Notes: generated from the letters alone by a model not told the origin. A stretch of DNA of 64,000 bases from an uncultured Clostridium sp. (GCA_900553015.1 USBY01000006.1:19999-83998), one strand, 5' to 3'. Positions 43,910-52,984 are shown, counted from the first letter of the stretch. Numbers and translations are program-made.

Positions 43910-44494
43910 ATGTTAGATATGTTAGGTAATTTAATAAAAAGTATTAGAACAAAAAAACATATGACAAAGACAAGTATTGCTAAACAAATAGGGGTAGATA
44001 CTGGCTATTTAACACATATAGAAAATGGTGATAGGAAACCTACAGTTAAAGTTTTACAAGAAATATGCAAGGCAATAGATGTTCCTTATCAAAAGTTTTT
44101 CGCTGCATATAATCATAAAATACCACAAGAAGCAATAGATTACGAAGTTTTTAAACACACTGCTGAAGACAGGATTCTTTTAGTAGATGATATAAATGAC
44201 TTACATTTTATGAAATGTCCACCAGGTCTTAATTCTGTTTCCTTTGGTATTCGACTTAATGATGACTCTATGGATAAAATCTATGACAAATATTCATATG
44301 TATTTGTAGATTTCGGGGCACCAGTAAAACCCCAAGATATTGGACTTTTTTATTACAATGGACAAATTTTGGTAAGAAGATTATTTATCTATGGAAAAAA
44401 TCATATTTCGTTATATCCAGATAATCCTAAATACCCTAAAATTCGAGTAAAAGAAAAAGACACATTTTATATAATTGGAAAAATTGTGCAATAA
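43910..44494 (+). CDS. CI/LexA-like transcriptional repressor: N-terminal XRE-type HTH plus C-terminal S24 peptidase-like domain with the catalytic Lys replaced by Arg. Start reassigned to ATG 43910 (RBS GAGGTAG).
   Basis: HTH MTKTSIAKQIGVDTGYLTHIENGDRKPTVKVLQEI. S24-like NDDSMDK...GQILVRRLF aligns with LexA GDSM...VKRL. Confidence 0.75.
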   Translation: MLDMLGNLIKSIRTKKHMTKTSIAKQIGVDTGYLTHIENGDRKPTVKVLQEICKAIDVPYQKFFAAYNHKIPQEAIDYEVFKHTAEDRILLVDDINDLHFMKCPPGLNSVSFGIRLNDDSMDKIYDKYSYVFVDFGAPVKPQDIGLFYYNGQILVRRLFIYGKNHISLYPDNPKYPKIRVKEKDTFYIIGKIVQ

Positions 44495-44630
44495 TTTTAT
44501 GTTTTTTTGTAAAAAACTATTGAATATTGTTAAAGTTAAATATATAATGGTACTAATTTAATTAAGCTTTTGTGTTTTATGCTGCAAAAGTTATAACACT
44601 AATCAAAAGATAAATGAGGAGAAATGCAAT

Positions 44631-45110
44631 ATGGAATTAATAAAAAATATCTTTTTTAATACAGATAAATTAATAGAAAACTCTGTTGTTAAAATTTCGT
44701 ATACAGGAAAGTTTTTCCAAGATAATTCAAACACAGAACTATATATTCATTATGGATTTGGCCTATTATGGGAAAATGTAAATGAAATTAAAATGGAAAA
44801 AACAGAATTAGGCTATCAAGCTTTAATTTATTTAAATGGTCAAGATTCATTAAATTTCTGTTTTAAAAACGGAAAAGGTGAATGGGATAATAACGAAGGT
44901 AAAAATTATGTATTTGAAATTGCACCATTACCAAAAGATCTAATTGTAGTTCAAGAATCAAGTTTAGCTGAACCACAAAAAGAGCATAAAATTAAACAAA
45001 TATGGGAAAAAGTAAAATATTCTGTTGTTGCTGCAATTAAATATTTACCAAAATTATTTTCATTCAACACAAGTTCAGAAGCAGTAGAAGACGAAAATTC
45101 TTTAAGATAA
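44631..45110 (+). CDS. Stand-alone starch-binding-domain-like protein (CBM25/CBM26-like beta-sandwich), 159 aa, no signal peptide
   Basis: Pattern LYIHYGFGLLWENV...YQALIYLNGQDSLNFCFKNGKGEWDNNEGKNYVF matches the CBM25/26 signature (hYGy.gW...a..l.FvF.dG.g.WDNN.G.NY). Confidence 0.5.
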   Translation: MELIKNIFFNTDKLIENSVVKISYTGKFFQDNSNTELYIHYGFGLLWENVNEIKMEKTELGYQALIYLNGQDSLNFCFKNGKGEWDNNEGKNYVFEIAPLPKDLIVVQESSLAEPQKEHKIKQIWEKVKYSVVAAIKYLPKLFSFNTSSEAVEDENSLR

Positions 45111-45123
45111 ATTAAACATTTCT

Positions 45124-45151
45124 CGGGATTTGGGGACGTTCCTAGAATCCC
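45124..45151 (+). repeat. Copy e of the repeat family: CGGGATTTGGGGACGTTCCTAGAATCCC followed by T7. Terminator of the CBM-like gene.
   Basis: Core match plus U-run. Confidence 0.7.
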
Positions 45152-45166
45152 TTTTTTTGTTAGTAT

Positions 45167-45199
45167 AAAAAGGATGGTAATTAACTTACCATCCTTTTA
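45167..45199. terminator. Bidirectional terminator hairpin AAAAGGATGGTAA-TTAACTT-ACCATCCTTTT between the convergent CBM-like and SDR genes
   Basis: 11-bp stem, read from the sequence. Confidence 0.55.
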
Positions 45200-45925
45200 T
45201 CATATATTCCATCCGCCATTTATAGAAATTACTTGACCTGTTGTATAATTATCTTCTAATAACCATTCTATACATTTGGTAATTTCTTCAGGTTTACCAA
45301 CTCTTTCTAATGGAATCTCTTCTTTTATATCATTTATTTCTTCTTCTGAAAATTTATTATTCATTGAAGTATCTATAATTCCTGGAGCTATTGCATTTAC
45401 CCTTATATTTGAAGGACCTAATTCTTTAGCTAAGCTTTTGGTTAATCCAATTATTCCGGCTTTTGATGTAGAATAAGCTACTTCCATTGCAGCTCCTGTT
45501 ACTCCCCATATTGAAGAAATATTTATTATTAATCCATTTTTATTTGCTATCATATTTCTTACTACTTCTTGGGTAACAATAAAATTAGATTTTAAATTTA
45601 CATTCATTATATTTTCCCAGTCTTCATCTGTTATATCTGTAAATAATTTATATTGTGAAATTCCTGCATTATTAATTAAAACATCTATTTTTCCATATTT
45701 AGTTATTATATTGTCTATCATTTCTTTAACTTCTATTCTGTTAGAAACATCTGCTTTTATTATATCGATATCTATATCTTCTTCTTTTAAATCACTTTTT
45801 AATTTTTTGGCTTCATTTTCAGATTTATTATAATTTGCAATTACAATATTTTCACGTGCTAAGCTTCTAGCTATATTATTCCCAATTCCTCTTGAAGCTC
45901 CAGTTACTAAAATTACTTTTTTCAT
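45200..45925 (-). CDS. Short-chain dehydrogenase/reductase (FabG-like 3-oxoacyl-ACP reductase family)
   Basis: TGASRGIGNNIARSLA cofactor motif, NNAG, catalytic YSTSKAG. Confidence 0.9.
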   Translation of the reverse strand: MKKVILVTGASRGIGNNIARSLARENIVIANYNKSENEAKKLKSDLKEEDIDIDIIKADVSNRIEVKEMIDNIITKYGKIDVLINNAGISQYKLFTDITDEDWENIMNVNLKSNFIVTQEVVRNMIANKNGLIINISSIWGVTGAAMEVAYSTSKAGIIGLTKSLAKELGPSNIRVNAIAPGIIDTSMNNKFSEEEINDIKEEIPLERVGKPEEITKCIEWLLEDNYTTGQVISINGGWNI

Positions 45926-46004
45926 TATAACACCTTCTATATTCTATTATTGCATTTTAGTATATCTCATTTGTGCTAAAAAATCAAAATATTTTGGGCA
46001 AAAC

Positions 46005-46040
46005 AAAAAGCTAGGCAATCTTTAAAGAAAGTCTAGCTTT
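46005..46040 (-). terminator. Terminator hairpin downstream of the minus-strand tRNA cluster (AAGCTAG...CTAGCTT)
   Basis: 7-bp stem with long loop, T-rich tract on the minus strand. Confidence 0.4.
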
Positions 46041-46046
46041 AAGTAA

Positions 46047-46122
<76 letters not shown>

Positions 46123-46133
46123 ATATGGTCATA

Positions 46134-46208
46134 TGGTGACCCGTACGGGAATCGAACCCATGTCTCCGCCGTGAAAGGGCGATGTCTTAACCGCTTGACC
46201 AACGGGCC
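46134..46208 (-). tRNA. tRNA-Glu (anticodon TTC), 75 nt with CCA
   Basis: GGCCCGTTGGTCAAGCGGTTAAGACATCGCCCTTTCACGGCGGAGACATGGGTTCGATTCCCGTACGGGTCACCA on the minus strand. Anticodon loop CTTTCAC. Confidence 0.9.
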
Positions 46209-46249
46209 ATAAATATAAATGAATACTAAAGATTAGTTTAGTATTCATT

Positions 46250-46325
46250 TGGTGAGCTATCCGCGACTCGAACGCGGGACAACTTGATTAAAAGTCAAGT
46301 GCTCTACCACCTGAGCTAATAGCCC
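46250..46325 (-). tRNA. tRNA-Lys (anticodon TTT), 76 nt with CCA
   Basis: GGGCTATTAGCTCAGGTGGTAGAGCACTTGACTTTTAATCAAGTTGTCCCGCGTTCGAGTCGCGGATAGCTCACCA on the minus strand. Anticodon loop CTTTTAA. Confidence 0.9.
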
Positions 46326-46421
46326 ATATGCACTGTATCCGCAGTGCTCTTATATATTACTATTTTTTTTTACGTTTGTCAACAGATTTTCATATTTTTT
46401 TCAAATTTTTTTCACTTTTTT

Positions 46422-46607
46422 TTATTTATTAAGCTCTTTTAATAGTTCTTCAACGTCTATTCCATGCACCATACAAGCTTCTTCTAATGTTTCTTCTCTT
46501 GATGCTGGGCAACCTAAGCAATGCATTCCTACACTTAATAATAATTCTGCCTTCTCAGGGTTTGTATCTAATAATTCTCCTATTTTTGTTGTCTTTTCGA
46601 TTTGCAT
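46422..46607 (-). CDS. DUF1858-domain protein (hybrid-cluster-protein-associated redox disulfide protein family), 61 aa
   Basis: MQIEKTTKIGELLDTNPEKAELLLSVGMHCLGCPASREETLEEACMVHGIDVEELLKELNK matches the DUF1858 C-x-G-C pattern. Confidence 0.8.
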   Translation of the reverse strand: MQIEKTTKIGELLDTNPEKAELLLSVGMHCLGCPASREETLEEACMVHGIDVEELLKELNK

Positions 46608-46871
46608 TTTTTTACCCTCCTTTTCACTCTAATGATATTATTTTAACATATTTTTTTATAAAAGTATAGACATTCATTCTAAATTATAGTAAAATTCCAC
46701 TATGGTAGGTGATTTGTATAAAAATTTTAATCAATCTATTTTTTATTTCATTTATTATTAACTTTTTTATTTCATTTTATTCAATATATTCAATTATTAG
46801 TTTTATTACTTCTCAAGATATTCAAGGAGTCAAACTAAGTAAAAAAATTAATTCTAAATAGTGGAGGTATT

Positions 46872-48557
46872 ATGCCCAAAAAAAGTATTATTTTGTTTTT
46901 TCTTACTTCATTTTGCTTTACTATTTTTAATTTAGCTATATTCTATCCTATTTTTACCTCTAATAATATTATTATTTCATTTGCTATTCATCCATTTAAT
47001 ATTTGCGATAAATATCCAGAATTTTGGCATTTTTTTAAAATATTTTACATACTTGCGCTAGTAGTAGCTAATTGTTCTATTTCTTATATGCTTATTAAAA
47101 ACCTTGTTCATCTTCCTTCTCCTAGCCTAGAACAAACACATCAACAACTTACTTCTAATTTATATTTAACTATAGGTTATAGCCAAAACCAAAACCAAGA
47201 TATTATCCTTCCAGATAAATCTTTATATCAGAACATTCTAATTACTGGTACTATTGGCAGCGGCAAAACTAGTTCTGCAATATATCCATTTTCAGAACAA
47301 TTAATAAAATATCAAAATAGTAATCCTTCTAAAAAACTTGGTATTTTATGTTTAGATGTAAAAGGTAATTTTTATGAGCAAATTAAGTTTTATGCAAAAA
47401 AATATAATCGTCTAAAAGATTTGATTATTATTGGACTAAATTCTAACGAAACTTATAATCCATTAGACAAACCAAATTTAAATCCACTTGTCCTTGCAAA
47501 CAGGCTAAAAACAATTCTAACTTTGCTTTCTCCTAACAATAGCGAATCATTTTGGTTAGATAAAGCAGAGCAAATACTAGCAGAGTCAATAAAACTATGT
47601 CGCCTTTATAATAATAACTATGTAAATTTTATAGAAATACATAAATTAGTTAATAATAAGGCATATTATTTTGACAAGATACGCTACTTAAGAAATTCGT
47701 TTTTAAAAAATAAATTTTCTACTGATGAATTATATAACTTAACTTCTGCAATTACTTTTTTCGAAAATGAATTTTTTAAATTAGATGAAAGAACTATCTC
47801 TATTTTAAAATCAGAAATCTCTAGAATTACTCTTCCTTTCATATCTGATTATAAAATTTCTAAGATCTTTTCTCCATCAAAAAACAAAATCACTTTTACA
47901 GGCTTTAGAGATCTTATCAAATCCGGAAAAATCGTAGTTCTTTCTATGAATATTGCAGAATTTACTAGCCTTTCCAAAATTATTGCAACATATTTAAAAT
48001 TAGATTTTCAAGCAGAAGTCATGTCTGGACTAAATCATAAAAATAGTAGAACTGTCGCTTTTATTTGTGATGAATATCAAGAATACATTACAGCTTCAGA
48101 TGCTAATTTTTTCTCAGAAAGTAGAGAAGCAAAATGTATAAACATTCTTTCTACTCAAAGTTATTCATCTTTACTAAATACTTTAAAAGACGAGTCCGCA
48201 TTAAAGGTAATACTACAAAATTTAGTAAATAAACTTTGGTTTAGAACTGATGATATATTTACTATAGAAAATGCCCAAAAGCAAATTGGTAAAGAAGACA
48301 AAAAGAAAGTTTCTAAAACTATTTCGGAAAATGCTCAAGAATCTAATTATAACTATCTTATTCGAAAATTCAAGTCTAGAAGCTCCAATCTTTCTGAGAG
48401 TATAAACACTTATTATCAATATGACTATATATATGATTCTCGTTTTTTTACCCAAGAATTAGAAACTTTTTCTTGCTTAGCATTTCTTTCTAATGGAACT
48501 ACCACAATTTCTCCACAAAAAATAGACATGTATCCTTATTTTAAAGAAAGGGAGTGA
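46872..48557 (+). CDS. VirD4/TraG-family type IV secretion coupling protein-like ATPase (2 N-terminal TM helices plus P-loop NTPase), 561 aa
   Basis: Walker A LITGTIGSGKTSSAIYPF followed about 25 aa later by CLDVKGNFYE, the characteristic DxKGE box of VirD4/TraG. Walker B-like AFICDEYQEY. Size and N-terminal TM pair typical of type IV coupling proteins. RBS GGAGGT. Confidence 0.55.
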   Translation: MPKKSIILFFLTSFCFTIFNLAIFYPIFTSNNIIISFAIHPFNICDKYPEFWHFFKIFYILALVVANCSISYMLIKNLVHLPSPSLEQTHQQLTSNLYLTIGYSQNQNQDIILPDKSLYQNILITGTIGSGKTSSAIYPFSEQLIKYQNSNPSKKLGILCLDVKGNFYEQIKFYAKKYNRLKDLIIIGLNSNETYNPLDKPNLNPLVLANRLKTILTLLSPNNSESFWLDKAEQILAESIKLCRLYNNNYVNFIEIHKLVNNKAYYFDKIRYLRNSFLKNKFSTDELYNLTSAITFFENEFFKLDERTISILKSEISRITLPFISDYKISKIFSPSKNKITFTGFRDLIKSGKIVVLSMNIAEFTSLSKIIATYLKLDFQAEVMSGLNHKNSRTVAFICDEYQEYITASDANFFSESREAKCINILSTQSYSSLLNTLKDESALKVILQNLVNKLWFRTDDIFTIENAQKQIGKEDKKKVSKTISENAQESNYNYLIRKFKSRSSNLSESINTYYQYDYIYDSRFFTQELETFSCLAFLSNGTTTISPQKIDMYPYFKERE

Positions 48558-48597
48558 TTTTATTAAAGTCAAAAAATTATTATTTATATTTATATTC

Positions 48598-48885
48598 TTG
48601 TTATCTTTTAATGTTTTTTTCATTTCAAAAACTTATGCTGCTGATCCTAAAATTGTTAGTAAACTAAATTCAGCATTCGAATCTATCGAAGAATGGTTAT
48701 TAAAATTAGCAACTCCTGCAGCTGCTGTAGCTGTTGGTACAGGTGTTTTTATGAAGAAATTTAGTTTTGGTGATGACGAAAGAATGCGACTTGGGAAAAA
48801 GTTAATAAAAAACTCTTTATTTTCTTATGGCTTTATATTAGCTCTAGATTTAATATTAGCTGCCATAAAGTCACTTATGGGTTAA
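48598..48885 (+). CDS. Small secreted/membrane protein, VirB2/TrbC-pilin-like (signal peptide plus two hydrophobic helices). Probably starts upstream at the ATT codon at 48562 (RBS AGGGAG), which would give a full signal peptide (M)KVKKLLFIFIFLLSFNVFFISKTYA|AD.
   Basis: Mature region LATPAAAVAVGTGVFM ...loop... SLFSYGFILALDLILAAIKSLMG. The reading frame is open upstream to the preceding gene's stop codon. Confidence 0.4.
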   Translation: MLSFNVFFISKTYAADPKIVSKLNSAFESIEEWLLKLATPAAAVAVGTGVFMKKFSFGDDERMRLGKKLIKNSLFSYGFILALDLILAAIKSLMG

Positions 48886-48889
48886 TATT

Positions 48890-49765
48890 ATGGAATCCAA
48901 TAATTTGTCTACAACGATAGCCAACACTATAAATGAACTTATACAAAATTTATTTTCTTCTATAGATAATAATATTTATTCATACATAGATGAAATTATT
49001 TTTTTAACTCCATCTAGTATCTCTAATAATAATTTTGAAGATTTATTTACTACTTCTTCTAAGAGTATATTGGTTATTGCTAATGCTCTAATTTTAGCTT
49101 ATCTGCTATATTATTGTGTAAAACTATTTTTATCTTATTATTCTGGTACACAAGTTCAAAGACCTTATCAGTTTATTTTCAAATTAATTTTATGTGCAAT
49201 CATCATGAATAGCTCATATTTTATTTGCGAACAATTAATTAACATTACAGATTTAATTACACAGGCATTGCAAGAAATTGGTAGTAATTTTACTTTTAAA
49301 ACAATTTCATTTAAAACATTGGTAACCGAGTTAAATTCTGTAATCTCTATATCTGGAACTTCTTTAGACATCTTTTCTTTAACTGGTATAATAAAATCTT
49401 TTTGCAGTATTGGGCTTATTTCTTTAATGTTTTCATATGCTATACGACTTATTATGGTAAAAGTATTTATTATCTTAGCCCCATTTGCAATTCTTAGTTG
49501 TTCTATCAATTCATTTAGCTGGTTCTTTAGAAGTTGGTTTAGATCATTTTTTTCACTTCTATTTATGCAGTTTTTTATAACTATTATACTAATAGTTACA
49601 TTATCTTTAGACTTTTCATCTAATCTTATCTCGAAATTTTTATATGTTGGTTCAATTTATGCACTCACAAAATCAAATACTTATATTCGTAGTTTAATAG
49701 GTGGTATTTCTACCGAAATTAATACAAATCTATCTACCTTAAAATCATTTCTTAGAGCGAGGTGA
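48890..49765 (+). CDS. Polytopic membrane protein, VirB6/TrbL-like (291 aa, 5-6 TM helices)
   Basis: Size and TM topology similar to VirB6. Hydrophobic blocks ILAPFAILSCSINSFSWFFRSWFRSFFSLLFMQFFITIILIV. Confidence 0.4.
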   Translation: MESNNLSTTIANTINELIQNLFSSIDNNIYSYIDEIIFLTPSSISNNNFEDLFTTSSKSILVIANALILAYLLYYCVKLFLSYYSGTQVQRPYQFIFKLILCAIIMNSSYFICEQLINITDLITQALQEIGSNFTFKTISFKTLVTELNSVISISGTSLDIFSLTGIIKSFCSIGLISLMFSYAIRLIMVKVFIILAPFAILSCSINSFSWFFRSWFRSFFSLLFMQFFITIILIVTLSLDFSSNLISKFLYVGSIYALTKSNTYIRSLIGGISTEINTNLSTLKSFLRAR

Positions 49766-50064
49766 TATTTATCTTTATAATTCCTCAAAATTTTAATTTT
49801 AAAAACAAATTTTTAGGTTTTATTGATTATTCTACTTTAATCTTTCTTATTATATGTTATCTAATATCTTATTTAATCATTAACTTTATATTTCCTAGTT
49901 TTTATACCAAAATAATAATATTTATAATACTTAATGTCCCTCTTACTTTACTTTCTATAATTGGTTTTTATAACGAAAATATTGTATATGTTTTATACTA
50001 TATTATTAAATTTTTTAAGAACAAAAATATATATTTCTATAAAAAAAATTTTTTTGATATGTAA
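49762..50064 (+). CDS. Small membrane protein (100 aa, 2 TM helices), VirB3-like position. GTG start overlaps the upstream stop codon (GTGA).
   Basis: Translationally coupled to the VirB6-like gene. Hydrophobic. Confidence 0.35.
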   Translation: MIFIFIIPQNFNFKNKFLGFIDYSTLIFLIICYLISYLIINFIFPSFYTKIIIFIILNVPLTLLSIIGFYNENIVYVLYYIIKFFKNKNIYFYKKNFFDM

Positions 50065-50162
50065 CCCCATATATTTTCTTAGTTTTGTAATTTTTTGTCG
50101 ATTCTTGTTATTGTAAAAAATTTTTTATAATGCTATAATGTTGTAATTGTAGGAGGGGAACC

Positions 50163-51125
50163 ATGAAATTAGAACAAAGTGACAAAAACTTTTTATTTTC
50201 AGAAACAAAATTACCAGATGTATTCTTTACAGAATACATGTCCCAAGCAAATGGTGATTATATAAAGGTATATTTATACATCGTTTTTCTTTCTAAATAT
50301 AACAAAGAAGTTAAAATTAACGATGTTTCAAAAACATTAAATATCCCTTTTAAAACAATTCAAGAAGCCATAGCATATTGGGAAGAGCAAGAAGTTCTAA
50401 TAAAGAAAAATAATGGATATATTGTAGTTGATCTACAAGAAAAAGAGTTGAATAAATTATATTCTCCTAGATTAACTTCATCTCCAGAAACAGCCCTTTC
50501 TAATGCCAAAAACCAATATCGAGCTAAAGCTATTGAAGACATCAATAACACTTGTTTCCAAGGTATGATGTCACCTTCATGGTATAATGATATCGATTTA
50601 TGGTTTAATAAATATGGTTTTGATGAACCAGTTATGATTGCATTATTTAGATATTGTTTAGAACGTTCTGCATTACATAGAAATTATATTCAAGCTGTTG
50701 CAGAAGGTTGGCATAAAAACAATATTAAAACATATACAGATTTAGAGAATTATTATGCAAAACAAGAAAAATTATCATTGATAAAGAAGCAAATTTCTAA
50801 AAAACTTGGTCTATCTCGTCCATTAACGCAATATGAAAGTGCTTATATAGAAAAATGGGTGGTAGATTATTCATATACTATGGATATAATAGAAATCGCT
50901 TTAAAGAAAACAACATCTAAATCTAACTTTAATTTTGATTATTTAGATAAATTAATTTCTAATTGGCATGAGCATAATTTACATACTACAACTGATGTTA
51001 ATAATTATCTTGCACAAATGAAAATTCAAAATCAAAACAAAAAGACTTTGGAAAAACAAACAAATTACAAAAGTTTCGAGCAAAGAACATATAATGATTT
51101 AGATTCATTATATGCAAATAATTAA
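50163..51125 (+). CDS. dnaB: Replication initiation and membrane attachment protein (B. subtilis DnaB-type, DnaD-like DDBH2 domains)
   Basis: N-terminal winged-helix-like region and two DnaD-like repeats (...IEKWVVDYSYTMDIIEIALKKTTSKSNFNFDYLDKLISNWHEHNL). Immediately upstream of dnaI, as in Bacillus. Confidence 0.75.
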   Translation: MKLEQSDKNFLFSETKLPDVFFTEYMSQANGDYIKVYLYIVFLSKYNKEVKINDVSKTLNIPFKTIQEAIAYWEEQEVLIKKNNGYIVVDLQEKELNKLYSPRLTSSPETALSNAKNQYRAKAIEDINNTCFQGMMSPSWYNDIDLWFNKYGFDEPVMIALFRYCLERSALHRNYIQAVAEGWHKNNIKTYTDLENYYAKQEKLSLIKKQISKKLGLSRPLTQYESAYIEKWVVDYSYTMDIIEIALKKTTSKSNFNFDYLDKLISNWHEHNLHTTTDVNNYLAQMKIQNQNKKTLEKQTNYKSFEQRTYNDLDSLYANN

Positions 51126-51136
51126 GGAGTTAGTTT

Positions 51137-52132
51137 ATGTCTGATAGTGTATTAAAAGATTTATTAAAAGAATATGAAATTAAACGATTACATGCTGAGC
51201 AACTTGCTGATGAAAAAAGAGACCAACTATTTAAGAAATATCCAGAATTTGAAGAAATAAATTCTGAAATTGCTAAATGTGGACTTAACCTTTCTAGAGA
51301 AAAATTGCAAACACATGATAATTCAAAAATTGATGTATTAAAACAAGAATTAGAATTATTAAAAGAAAAAAAACATAATTTCTTAAAAAGTATCAAGATG
51401 AGCGAGGATGATTTATTACCAAAATATGAATGTCCTATTTGTAATGATACTGGCTATATAGCTGAAAATAATAATTATACTATGTGTTCTTGTTTAAAAC
51501 AAAAATTAATAAATATTTCTTATAATAAATCTAATATAAATAAACTAGACTTCGAAAACTTTAGTAATTTTGATATTAATATGTATTCTGATGAAGTAAA
51601 TGAAGAAAAATATCATTCTTCTGTTTCTCCTAGACAAAACATATTAATAATAAAAAAGATTGTAGATAATTTCTTAGCAGACTTTGATAATCCTAAGGGA
51701 AAAAATTTATTATTTACAGGTAGTCCTGGACTTGGTAAAACATTTCTCTCTAATTGCATTGCTAAAGAATTAATTGATAATGGTAAAATCGTTTTATATC
51801 AAACTGCACCAATAATGCTTGATAATATAATTGATTGTAAATTTGGAAAGAATAATATTTCTAAAGATTTTTTGGATAATATATTTAATTCTGACCTTCT
51901 AATTATAGATGACTTAGGAACAGAGTCAATTAATAATATAAAATTTACAGAATTATTCAATGTTATTAATACTCGTATTTTGAGCAATAAAAAAACTATT
52001 ATCTCAACAAATCTTTCTATCCAAAATTTATTTTCTATCTATGATGAAAGAATTGTTTCAAGAATAGTTGGTTATTATAATATTTGTAAGTTTTTTGGTG
52101 ATGATATTAGGTTTAAAATAAGAAACATATAA
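51137..52132 (+). CDS. dnaI: Primosomal helicase loader DnaI (N-terminal Cys4 zinc domain plus AAA+ domain)
   Basis: CPICNDTGYI...CSC zinc module. Walker A LLFTGSPGLGKTFLSNCIAKEL. Walker B LLIIDDLG. Confidence 0.88.
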   Translation: MSDSVLKDLLKEYEIKRLHAEQLADEKRDQLFKKYPEFEEINSEIAKCGLNLSREKLQTHDNSKIDVLKQELELLKEKKHNFLKSIKMSEDDLLPKYECPICNDTGYIAENNNYTMCSCLKQKLINISYNKSNINKLDFENFSNFDINMYSDEVNEEKYHSSVSPRQNILIIKKIVDNFLADFDNPKGKNLLFTGSPGLGKTFLSNCIAKELIDNGKIVLYQTAPIMLDNIIDCKFGKNNISKDFLDNIFNSDLLIIDDLGTESINNIKFTELFNVINTRILSNKKTIISTNLSIQNLFSIYDERIVSRIVGYYNICKFFGDDIRFKIRNI

Positions 52133-52146
52133 TTTGGAACATTTTT

Positions 52147-52174
52147 CGGGATTTGGGGACGTTCCTTTTTTCCC
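52147..52174 (+). repeat. Copy f of the repeat family: CGGGATTTGGGGACGTTCCTTTTTTCCC, preceded by GGAAC. Terminator position after dnaI.
   Basis: Core match. GGAAC...GTTCC alternative stem, as in copy a. Confidence 0.7.
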
Positions 52175-52198
52175 TATTTTAATACTTCCATTATAAAG

Positions 52199-52240
52199 TA
52201 ATTCACCCCTTGAGCGGTTGCTCAAGGGGTGAATATTTTT
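52199..52240. terminator. GC-rich perfect hairpin TTCACCCCTTGAGC-GGTT-GCTCAAGGGGTGAA followed by a T-run
   Basis: 14-bp perfect stem. GC content is atypical for this genome. Flanks the small sigma-like HTH gene. Confidence 0.55.
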
Positions 52241-52265
52241 AGTGGATGACTTCAGATGTTAAATA

Positions 52266-52499
52266 TTAATATTCATCTTCAACATCTAATAATATTCTCT
52301 CTGGCAAGTTATGGCTATCAAACTCATCCAAATGATCCCTTATATATCTAAGATCCTTTTCGATGGTTGATTCTGAATAGCCACTAAAGTCTGCCACCAT
52401 CTCAAGAGTCATGCCTTCCACATAAACTGCAGAGAATACATCCTCTCTCCGTTTCTGGACAGCAGTTGATTGTGATAAATCAATTATGCCTTTAATCAT
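52266..52499 (-). CDS. Small sigma-70 region-4-like HTH protein (77 aa), noticeably GC-richer than its surroundings
   Basis: YVEGMTLEMVADFSGYSESTIEKDLRYIRDHL resembles the region-4 HTH of ECF sigma factors and ArpU-like regulators. RBS GAGGAGG. Confidence 0.55.
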   Translation of the reverse strand: MIKGIIDLSQSTAVQKRREDVFSAVYVEGMTLEMVADFSGYSESTIEKDLRYIRDHLDEFDSHNLPERILLDVEDEY

Positions 52500-52688
52500 T
52501 CCAGTTTCCTCCTCAACAATTTATTATGCACCATTATACACTTTTTCTTTTAATTTTTCAAGTTTTATGTATACCTGTTGCCTTGTTTATACATTAAAAT
52601 TGATATTGAAGAGTTTGATTTATTTCTAATATCTATATTAAAACTAAAAAAGCTATAATCATAAGATTATAGCTTTTTTCCAATTTAA

Positions 52689-52964
52689 TTAGTTTTGAGT
52701 ATATGGTAAAACAGCAATATGTCTTGCTCTTTTTACTGCTAAAGTAATATCTCTTTGATGTTTAGCACATGCTCCTGTTGCTCTTCTTGGTAATATTTTA
52801 CCTTTATCATTTATAAATTTTCTTAATTGTTCTGCATTTTTATAATCTAATTCTAAATCTTTATCTGCACATAAAGGACATACTTTTTTTCTCATTTTTC
52901 TAAATCTTGGATTGAAATCGTCATCATTTCTATTGTTTCTTCTATTTTGTTTTTTGTCTGCCAT
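52689..52964 (-). CDS. rpsR: 30S ribosomal protein S18
   Basis: [14 protein letters not shown]...[10 protein letters not shown]...[32 protein letters not shown], canonical S18. Confidence 0.95.
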   Translation of the reverse strand: MADKKQNRRNNRNDDDFNPRFRKMRKKVCPLCADKDLELDYKNAEQLRKFINDKGKILPRRATGACAKHQRDITLAVKRARHIAVLPYTQN

Positions 52965-52984
52965 TTATTTCTCCCCCTTTCTGA

